A stretch of 64,000 nucleotides of DNA, from positions 62,402,569-62,466,568 of the forward strand of contig NC_092377.1 of assembly GCF_030028105.1 (NCBI RefSeq), read 5' to 3'. Each line of letters starts with the position of its first letter. Position 1 is the first letter of the stretch. Positions 13,714 through 23,950 of this stretch are shown here, one piece after another. The notes under the pieces were generated by a model. The model searched no databases. It was given only the letters and a program-made list of their open reading frames with translations, and was not told where the DNA came from. Origin of the DNA: Mobula birostris (taxonomy: Eukaryota). The translations under genes and the position numbers were made by a program.

Positions 13714-14691
13714 TCTTCCAGGAAGTGAACCCTGGACAGCAGCTCCGACAGGTGAGCCAGCCCCAAACCCAGCACACCCACCCATGCCACCTCTGGCGTC
13801 TCCTCCCTGGGGTGGCTTTAACAGGCAATGCCGTGGTACAAGTGCCTGGTCCGCGCATTAACCCAAGGTCACGCAGCTCCACAGCCTTCAGTCTCACCAA
13901 TGAATCAATGAACCAAGTTTTTTATATTACCAATATAACTGTCCAACAGGATCTTGCAATCACAAGAAAATCTTTTAAGACACACATTAGCACTACTTGA
14001 TGTACTGGGAGAGGCCACTGCGACCCGGTGCACTACCATCTTACCAGAAATGGCATGCAACTGGCAGATCAAGGTGACTACAGCAGCCAAGACTTTGTCT
14101 GACTTTCATGAAGTAAAGGAGATAAAGTCATAAGGTATTATGATACCCTGACAAGAGACACAGGTAAAGTTACATGGTGCCCTGTATAAAAATGACTCAA
14201 AATTCGAATAAAAATCAAGTCAGGTTCTCCTCTGTTCAGAAAACTATTCCTACATTATCCTTAAAAATTCCAAAGCATGGAAAACAAAGGGACACAGCTC
14301 CTGAAAGAGGAACATCATGAAGGTATTAAACTGGTTTATCAAAAACACATTCATCTCTGAGTTAGAAATCTTCTCAAAGGTTTCATAGGTACATTTAATG
14401 TTAGAGAACTGTATACAATATACATCCTGAAATTCTTTTTCCTCTACAGTAAATCTGAGCACATTGAGAAGACCTTATAATATAAAAAAATGTTTGCAAT
14501 ACTGCTTAACAGATACAAAACCATTGGTGAATATGAAAGGAAGAGTTTTCAAGTATAATGCCGTGGATCTATAATGGGTTCTAAGGAGAGGGTGGGCTTT
14601 GAGGGGAAATAGTGAGCAAGGTAGAATGAGAAAAAAAGAGGATTTTACAACACATAAAAAATTTCCAAGTGTAAGAAAAACATGCAGAAAC

Positions 14692-14817
14692 CTTGGAAGA
14701 AAGTCTGTATGTAGCTTGGTTCCCCAGGCAACAGAATCGCAGCACACATCGAGGGCAGGATCCAGCCCTGAGCAGTGCTTGGACCACGGTCTTGTTCTTT
14801 TTAGTTAATGGAAGCAT
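14692..14817 (-). CDS. PUS10: PUS10 first coding exon (exon starts 14828, ATG at 14817)
   Basis: MLPLTKKNKTVVQALLRAGSCPRCVLRFC...LSSK|gt; matches PUS10 N-terminus MFPLTEENKHVAQLLLNTGTCPRCIFRFC; phase 0 joins the 3985 exon. Confidence 0.95.
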
Positions 14818-16104
14818 GACTTTGACTCCTGTTCAACGGAAGGCAAAAGCATTATTAAATATCAAAGAAATTCTCTAAATTAGCTACATTCTTTAATACT
14901 TTCTAAAAGCAATCCAGTTACATCAATAACATTAGAAGTAAGTAATGTGAAGTGTTTTCATTTTACCTCTATGTGCTCTTCAGTTACAATTTTTTTCTGT
15001 TACAGTTTTGATCAACAGATACTAATGCAATTCGCAAAACTAAATCATCCATCCTGGAAGCTGGTCAAGTCCTTGTCAACATACTGTTTTATACTGTACT
15101 GAGCTCACATACGTGCTATGAAACCCCTTGCATTTATTTGCATTTTTCTGATCAGTAGGGGAAATCATTTTGTACATGGAATTCTTTCTAACTAAAAGGA
15201 CATTCCATTTTAACCGAACTTGATTCATTTGTTTACGGTTCATACCTTCACTGACAGGGCCAGCAACTGTTAAGCATCTGTGTTTTGCTGCAATTCATGT
15301 GATGAAGGCACCCTCTCTGTGCTTTTAGCTAGCGGATGTAAATGCCCCATTGAAAAGTGAACAATACACATTGTGCAGGAAAATCCATCACTTGGCAATG
15401 GATCTGCAAGTGGTGCACCTGCCACTGGCCTTCCAGGTTTTCCAGAAGAAACTACTGCAGCAAGCGGAAGGGACATAACATTGTCAGAGGTGACAGTCAC
15501 AAAAGAAGTCAATATTTATGGTGGAAAACTGATTGCTGGTCAAGCAGTTTCTTTGGTGTTAACATTCTTGAACATTATTTGGGCTGCATGGTACGGCTTT
15601 AAGAGCTGGAAGGTGGGTCACTGGTCATAGCCTTTTTCTGCTCTTTCAGTTAGTATTTATATGGTTGATTTTCTGTCCAGCTGTGACTCAAGACATTAAC
15701 AGTGCTTATTACCATTGATGGTTACTGCCTGGCAAATATGGCACAAATATAATTTGCCACTTATTAGCTCATGTTTTAATACCTGCCATCCAGGTTTTGT
15801 TGCATGCAAAATTTTTCATACCTTTCTGCTGTAGATTCTCTATTCCTTTTTCCCCTCTAAATATATTACCTTTTCACTTTCATAAGCTGTTCTTTATACT
15901 GCTTTCAACATGCTATCTGGTGGTGTATTACACAGCCTGGCAACCCAATGCATTCAAAACCAAAAGTGAATTTATCCTGATTCCGAACTGGATTTAAAAT
16001 CATATCCTACTGTACCAACTAAACTCCGAACTTTCCACTAATTTTAAGACTGCACTCTCATTGTGAAAACTTGGGTGAAATCACCTAAAATAAAAGTTTG
16101 AAGA

Positions 16105-17560
16105 TCAATATAAATTTTTTGTTGTCAAAGTACATATATGTTACCATTTACTACCTTGAGATTTATTTTCTTTCAGGCATTTACAGGAAAATAAAGAAAA
16201 AATGAATTTATGAAAACTATAAATAAAGACTGACAAACAATATGCAAAAGACAAACTGTGCAAATAAAAACCAATACTGCGAACATGAGTTGTAAGGAGT
16301 CCTTGAAAGTGAGTCTGTAAGTTGTAGAATCATTTTCGAGTGTGGTGAGTGAAGTTATCCACAACTGATCAGGAACTCGATGGCTGTAGGATAATAACTG
16401 TTCCTGAACCTGATGGTGTGGGATCTAAGTCTTCTGCACTTCCTGCTTGATGGTAATAACAAGAAGAGAGCATGGCCTGGATAGTGGGGGTCTTTGATGA
16501 TGGAAGCTGCTTTCTTATGGCAGCACTCCATGCAAATATGTTCAATGGTGGGGAGGATTTTGCCTATGATGGACTGGGCTGTATCCATCACTTTTTGTAG
16601 TCTATACCAAACCACGATGCAATCAGTTAGGATACTTTCCACCTTGCATCAATAGAAGTTTGTCAACATTTTTGGTGACATGCTGAATCAATGCAAACTT
16701 CTAAGAAAGTAGAGGTGCTGGCCTGCCTTCTTTATAATGACATTTATGTGCTGGTCCTGGGACAGATCCTTTGAAATGATAATGCCAAGGAGTTTTAAAC
16801 TACTGATCCTCTCTACTTCCATCCTTGATGAGGACGGACTTATGGGCATCTGGCTTCTTCCTCTTGTAGCTGATAATCAGCTCTTTAGTTTTGCTGACAT
16901 TAAGGTTGTTGCTGTGGCACCACTGAACCAGATTTTCAATCAGCCACCCCCCCCCCCCCACCATCTGCTGATTCATCACCTGCTCTAACAACAGAGGTGT
17001 CGTCCAAAAACTTAAAATATGGTATTGGAGCTGTACTTACTCACACAACCATAGGTATAAAGTGAGTAAATCAGAGGACTACGCACACAGCATTGTGGAG
17101 GTGATATTGCTAATCGCCAGTACTAACCAAGGTCTGCCTGTGAGGAAATCGAGGGTGCAGCTGCACGGAGAGGCATTGAGGCCCAGGTCTTCCAGCTTAG
17201 TGATGAGTTTGGAGGGGATGATAGTGTTGAGTGCTGAGCTGTCATCAATGAGGAGCATGAGGCCCAGGTCTTCCAGCTTAGTGATGAGTTTGGAGGGGAT
17301 GATAGTGTTGAGTGCTGAGCTGTCATCAATGAGGAGCATCCTGAACCCTGTGGTGTGGGATCTTCACTGTCCAGATGTTCCAGAGCTGAGTGAAGGCCCA
17401 ATGAAAAGGCATCTGCTGTTGACCTGTAGTGACGGTAGGTAAGCTGGACCGAATCCAGGCCAAACCTAAGGCAGGAGTTCACATGCTTCATGACCAACCT
17501 CTCGAAGCACTTCATCACAGTGGGTGTAATTGCTACCGGTCATTGAGGCAGGCTAAAACG
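16105..17560 (-). mobile_element. Degenerate Rex1/Babar-like LINE
   Basis: MKCFERLV; [12 protein letters not shown]; NLNVSKTKELII; LLPSSRKCR...FRNSYYPTAI. Confidence 0.88.
17177..17339. repeat. Exact 81-bp tandem duplication within the LINE
   Basis: tgaggcccaggtc...gaggagca occurs at 17177 and 17258. Confidence 0.95.
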
Positions 17561-17856
17561 TGTAATAGGTTGCGAGTTTAGGTATCAGCTATACGATCGT
17601 TATCATCTTCAATGGTATTGTTGCAGTTTTCAGGCATAAATACTATTGCAGCTGGTAAACCTCTCAGGTACTTATTTACTTAATAACGTTATACGCTCAG
17701 AATTTATTGAAGTTCTTCACTTGTGGATATCACACCGTTATTTACATATTTTTATATTAGGTAGCAAACCAACTCACACGGTGAAATGCATAAATAATTA
17801 TCCACGAGACAAATACATTTTCTTTTAAAGAAAGGCATCACTAAAACACACATTAC

Positions 17857-18178
17857 CTCATTACTTCCTACCTGGAACATCGGAGTAACCCCGTACCCGG
17901 AAGTGATGATCCCAGTGAGTCACTGGATCCGCGTTTCGATGTATCGCCAAGTTCTATTGGGCTCCGACTCGACCAGCGCGGATGCGTCTCAATCCTCTAT
18001 TGGACACTGTTCGGGCTCGGCCGTGTCTTCACGTATCATTGGAGGTTGGTCTCCGTTCGGATGTGTCCTTGCTTTCCATTGGATAATGTTTCTGGGTTCC
18101 ATTAGCTGTACGGGAGAGTTCATTGCAGCTGAAAGTGCGGAGAGGTCGTATTGCCCGAATGTTTTTAGAGCAAAGATA
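17857..18178. promoter_or_regulatory. Bidirectional PUS10/PEX13 CpG-rich promoter, including the probable non-coding PUS10 exon 1
   Basis: CpG-rich patch in an AT-rich background; ETS/GABP CCGGAAGTG 17897-17905; ATTGG (NF-Y) at 17956, 17999, 18038, 18078; minus-strand donor candidates at 17856 and 17871. Confidence 0.8.
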
Positions 18179-18249
18179 ATGGGATCACAGCCACCACCAA
18201 AACCCTGGGAAAGACGGATCCCGGGAAATATAAGTGCCCCGTCCTTCCA
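18179..18249 (+). CDS. PEX13: PEX13 exon 1
   Basis: MGSQPPPKPWERRIPGNISAPSFQ, donor CA|gtaagt; matches PEX13 MASQPPPPPKPWETRRIPG. Confidence 0.96.
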
Positions 18250-20021
18250 GTAAGTGCGTTTCGCTACGTGCTGTATTATTGACTAGGGAGAATTTTTATC
18301 CGTGCTTTGCATTGGTGCAGTTGCAGGCTCCATGTTGGCACGGTTAACTGGAACAGCAAAAACTTACATTTATATCGCACGTTTAAATGTAGTACACGAT
18401 TCCAAAGGCTTCACATGTGTCAGAAAACTAGACGAACTCAGCGGGTCGGGTGACATCTCGCTGCGGAGGGAAATGGACAGACGACCTTCACGCACACAAG
18501 TATTAGACCGGGAGTCCAAAATCTTTGTCAACTGGGTAAACATTACGGGATTTTTGAAAAGGCAAAGCAGGCCATGTAGATCTGTTAGAGGAATTCAAAA
18601 GGTCAGGGCCATGTATTTGGAAGCGTAACAGCCCGCCGAAGAACTGTTAAAATTACGGCCTAACTCCTATTTGGACGGACTGGGCAATAGGAAAGATTTT
18701 AAAGCGGAAACAGGTTTAACAACAATCTACCGATTAATCAGGCAGATTTGTGAATAGGACGATTTAGATTAGGACACATTTGAGCATTGGATACCTTTCA
18801 GTTACTGGGATGGAATTTGAACAAGCAAGCTGGGAGGTTCTGTGCCTAGAAGTGCTTTCCATGGCTTTTTGCTATAAATGAGAGAACTGGATATTTGTGG
18901 GAAAGCACTATACTATCATTCCAAAAATCAAAGCAACCTTTCAAAATAGTATAGTGGCCTTTTCCAACTTTCATGTGAGCTGTTGATCAAAGCTGGTAAC
19001 AGTTGCTTGGGGTATATTTTCAGAATTATTCAAAATACTGATCTTACACTACTGTTCTATGTAAATCAGTTTTTTTGCCTGAAATGGCGTGTACTGTGGG
19101 ATCCTCTGAAATGTAAGTAATAGCCATTGGGGAAGTGCATTCTCGGAATGGGAAAACAGCTAACAGCCTGAAGCAAAATGCAATCTTTGCCATATGTGGT
19201 TTTCCAGTAGGAAGCACATTCGTTCAGTAACTGTAGTTCTAGGGACTGTCTCTTTGTGGAGATCCTCAACAAATGATAATCATGACGGAGCTTGCTCACC
19301 CTTTTTTATAAGAGTGTAATTTTTGACCTGCAAAAGATTTTACTGTTGAATTAATTAAATATTGATGGTAATCATTTGCATCCTGAATTGATTTTTATTT
19401 AAGAAATGTACTGAATTGTGAAATATATTTTTGAAAGCTACATGAACAAAAATAAATGCTGTAAAATTATGTTATTAGCACTTTAAACATGCATATATAC
19501 TTCTCATTAGAAAGCTATGCAGCACTGATTAAGATTTTTTAAATAACAAAGATTGTAAGAACGAGGAGTTTTACTGAATTTTGGAGAGTGGCTACAATAT
19601 TTTGGATTGCAACCGTGGTTATATTTGTACAATATGCCAGTGGTGGAGGAGTAAGAGTCCAGTGAGAACAGATTAATATGAATGATCATGATTAACAGGA
19701 GCGTCGTTGTGGATTCGCTCATCCAGGTATGGTGTGGGAATTGCAAAATCTCCTGACGAGTTTTGTAGACGGAGGTGTTGAGTCGAGGAGATAAGAAAGA
19801 CACACTAGTTTAGTTATTATCTTAAAATACAATATTGATATGGCTGGTCCACTTCAGACTTTGGGTTAATATGACTGCCTACTTTCACACATTTTAAAAA
19901 AAAAATCACAAGCATCCTTGTGTTTATCTCTTGATACTCCAGCCTCTGGAGTACCATTGACTTCATCTTTACACTCAATGGCATCTTGCTCAGATTCTTT
20001 ATTGTGCCAAGACAAGACTCT

Positions 20022-21905
20022 CAGAACATAGAAAACCTACAGCACAATACAGGCCCTTCAGCCCACAATGCTATGCTGAACACGTACTTACTTTAGAAAT
20101 TACATGGAGCTTTTTCTAAGCTCTATGTACCTATCCAGGAGTCTCTTAAAAGACCCTATCATATCCGCCTCCACCACCATTGCCGGCAGCCCATTCCACG
20201 CACTCACCACTCTCTGCATAAAAAAACTTACCCTACATCTCTGTACCTACTTCAAAGCACCTTAAAACTATGCCCTCTCGTGCTAGCCATTTCAGCCCTG
20301 GGCAAAAGCCTCTGACTATCCACATGACCAATGCCTCTCATCATCTTGTACACCTCCATCAGGTCATCTCTCATCCTCCGTCGCTCCAACGAGAAAAGGC
20401 CAAGTTCACTCAACCTATTCTCATAAGGAATGCTCCCCAATCCAGGCAACATCCTTGTAAATCTCCTCTGTACCCTTTCCACATCCTTCCTGTAGTGAGG
20501 TGACCAGAACAGCACAGTACTCCAAATGGGGTCTGACCAGGGTCCTATATAACTGTTACGTTACCTCTCAGCTCTTGAACTCAATCCCACGGTTGATGAA
20601 GGCCAATGCACCGTATGTCTCCTTATCCACATAGTCAACCTGCACAGCAGCTTTGAGTGTCCTATGGACTCGGACCCCAAGATCTCTCTGATCCTCCACA
20701 CTACCAAGACTCTTATCATTAATACTATGTTGTGCAATCATATTTGACCGACCGAAATGAGCTACCTGACACTTATCTGGGTTGAACGCCATCTGCCACC
20801 TCTCAGCCCAGTTTTGCATCCTATCGATGTCCTGCTCTAACCTCTGACAGCCCTCCACACTGTCCACAATACCCCCAATCTTTGCGTCATCAGCAAATGT
20901 ACTAACCCATCCCTCCACTTCCTCATCCAGGTCATTTATGAAAATTACAAAGAGAAGGGGTCCCAGAACAGATCTTTGAGGCACACTACTGGTCACCAAC
21001 CCCTATGCAGAATATGACCCGTCTACAACCACTCTTTGCCTTCTGTAGGCAAACCAATTCTGGATCCACAAAGGAAGATCCCCTTGGATCCCATGCCTCA
21101 TTATTTTCTCAATAAGCCTTGCATGGGGTACCTTATCAAACGCCTTGTTGAAATCCATATATACTACATCTACTGCTCTACCTTCATCGATGAATTTTTT
21201 GAGGATGTGATTAAATACAATAGGGCTCGTAAGGCATAACCTGCCTTTGACAAAGCCATGCTAACTATTCCTAATCATATTATGCCTCTCCAAATGTTCA
21301 CAAATCCTGCCTCTCAGGATCTTCTCCATTAACTTACCAACCACTGGTCTATAATTTCCTGGGCTATCTCTACTCCCTTTCTTGAATAAAGGAACAACAT
21401 CTGCAACCCTCCAATCCTGCAGAACCTCTCCTGTCCCCATTGATGATGCAAAGATCATCGCCAGAGGCTCAGCAATCTCCTCCCTTGTCTCCCACAGTAG
21501 CCTGGGGTACATCTCATCCGGTCCTGGTGACTTAAACAGCTTGATGCTTTCCAAAAGCTCCAGTACATCCTCTTTCTTAATGTCTGTATGCTCAAGCTTT
21601 TCAGTCCACTGTAAGTCATCCCTACAATCGCCAAGTTCCTTTTCCGTAGTGAATACTAAAGCAAGGTATTCATTAATTACCTCTGCTATCTCCTCCGGTT
21701 CCGTACACACTTTTCCACCGTCACACTTGATTGGTCCTATTCTCTCACATCTTCTCATACCTGTAGATTGCCTTGGGGTTTTCCTTAATCTTGCTCGCCA
21801 AGGCCTTCTCATGGCCCCTTCCTAATTTCATTCTTAAACTCCTTCCTGCTAGCCTTATAATTTTCTAGATCTCTATCATTACCTAGTTTTTTTGAGCCTT
21901 TCATA
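20022..21905 (-). mobile_element. 5'-truncated CR1 LINE (RT)
   Basis: KSPGPDEMYPRLL; PLFKKG...NYRP; VPQRSVLGPLLF; FADD; CR1 3' tail near 20022. Confidence 0.93.
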
Positions 21906-23258
21906 ACTCATCTCTAACTCTCAGCACTTGCTTAGACAAAGATTGCTATCCCATAAAGAACAGGACCAAAAATGTGTTGAAACTTCAGTATTACTAATTC
22001 GACCTTTAATTTTAATTATCCTGTCACGAGATATGTAAGTTGTTGCGTTAACTGGCTCAATAATATTTAATAAAGAACTAGCAGTCCAATCTAAGTTTCT
22101 TGTAATCTTCTTCTTCAAATTGTATATCCATCTACCCCTTTGGGAAGTAACTCATGAAAATTTGTTTTATTTGTAATGACATATTCTTAGTGGGTGTTAT
22201 TCTATCATTCAATTTCTAAGCACAAAGTTAATTTTAGTGTTTATAGTTACTAAGTGACCAAGTGCATAAAACAAAATACAAAAGACAGTCATTAGGATGG
22301 TCAACTTCTTGGACAATGCAGCATGAGAAAAGGCCCTTCAGTCCAACTTTTCCATGCTGATGCATAATGCTCTCCAAACTAGTCCACTAGGCCATATCTC
22401 TCTAAGCACCCCCTCCCACCTCCATCCATATACTTAAACAAATCTCCTTTGAGTGCTGTTATTATATCTCCCTTAACTACTTTCGCTGGCAGCTCATTAT
22501 ATATACAGACAGCACCCTCTGCATGAAGAAATTGCCCCTCAGGTCCCCATTAAATCTTAACTTATCAACTTAACCCTACAGACTTTGGTATTTAATTCCC
22601 CTAACCTGGGGAAAAAGAACAACAAAGGTCCCAAAGTAATTACGCTTTTTTTTTTGGCTATGTCTACACTTCCTTTGCTGCATCAATTCTTACTTCGGTG
22701 TCAGGAACCAAATAAAAATTCCCCATCACAAAATATTAATAACTATTAATATATTACAGTTCATAATAAATATTATACCATGAAGCAGCATTAGGTCCGA
22801 TCTGATCCATATCATCGTTGGTAATAATGGATTTGAATAGGTTCAAAGGTTCATTTCTTATCAAAGTATACAACTTTGAAACTCTTCTCCAGATGTTCAG
22901 TTTAAATTTAGCCAGTATGAAATGTCCCAGCTCTCAGAATGTGCTGTCTGTTGATGGTATTCTCCAGATTCTCCTGTTGCCTGTAAACACTGTCTCCACA
23001 AAGGACAAAGATGGACAAATCATTGTATCTTTGCAATGTTTCTCATTCAGATTTATTCCTAAAGACAATGTCATTTGGTAAATTGAAGTCATTGATATTA
23101 ATTAATCTTATTTGTAAACAAGAGGTGATTAGATTTTTAAGTGAATCACGGCACTCTTTAAGCAAACATTTGATGAGCAGTTATTTTCCTGAATGTAGTT
23201 ATTTTCTGATTCTTTGTTTTCTGTTGTTGAAACTATATTAGTATTTCCTGAATTTCAG

Positions 23259-23950
23259 ATCTGCTGATTTGGTATCTGGCCTGCCTGCAAGACAAGGACA
23301 GCCTGTTGTTGCACGAATTCCACCTCCTGTTCCTCCAAGAGCATCGCAACAGACTGGCGTTGGCAACCTCAGCACTTATAGATCAGCCTATAACACCTTC
23401 TCTCCAGCATACACACCATACGGAAGCTCTTTATATGGAGGCTATACCCCTTATAATTATGGATATGGAGGACTTGGCTATAACAGATTTCGAACAGATG
23501 ATATACCTCCCAGTAGATTTGTACGCCAGGCAGAAGAAAGCAGCAGAGGAGCATTTCAGTCTATTGAAAGTATTGTCCACGCATTTGCTTCTGTTAGTAT
23601 GATGCTTGATGCTACTTTCTCAGCCGTTTACAACAGTTTCAGAGCAGTCTTGGATGTTGCTAATCACTTTTCCAGACTCCGGGTGCATTTTACTAAAGTT
23701 CTGTCAGCATTTGCATTGATCCGAACTTTGAAGTATTTGTACAGGAAGCTACAAAGATTGCTTGGCCTACGGAACAACTCCGAGGTTGAGGAATTATGGG
23801 CAGAGAGTGCTGGTTCCGTGCTTCCAGCTGGAGCTGAAGACAGGTTACCTGGGTCAGGCAAATCTTGGCCCATTTTTATGTTTTTTGCAGTTGTTCTCGG
23901 AGGTCCTTATCTCATATGGAAATTACTAAGCTCTGCTACTTCTGAACCAG
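23259..23950 (+). CDS. PEX13: PEX13 exon 2 (YG-rich region, Peroxin-13_N region, TM segment)
   Basis: SADL...YG-rich...PPSRFVRQAEESSRGAFQSIESIVHAFASVSMMLDATFSAVYNSFRAV...KSWPIFMFFAVVLGGPYLIWKLL; ttcag acceptor, G|gtgaga donor, phases consistent. Confidence 0.98.

Larger units (their letters stand above)
693..15630 (+). pseudogene. Putative decayed multi-exon gene (single-pass membrane glycoprotein-like), nested antisense in PUS10 introns
   Basis: Candidate exons 693-750, 1019-1375, 1663-~1745, ~4770-5248, ~13895-14163, 14240-14322, 14450-14527, 15258-15630; AG/GT ends, several phase-matched joins, in-frame stops and frameshifts, many N-x-S/T sequons, C-terminal hydrophobic helix. Confidence 0.45.

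Noticed and set aside
17903-18253. 116-aa ORF as an N-terminally extended PEX13
   Set aside because: It runs through the CCAAT/ETS promoter; homology begins at ATG 18179
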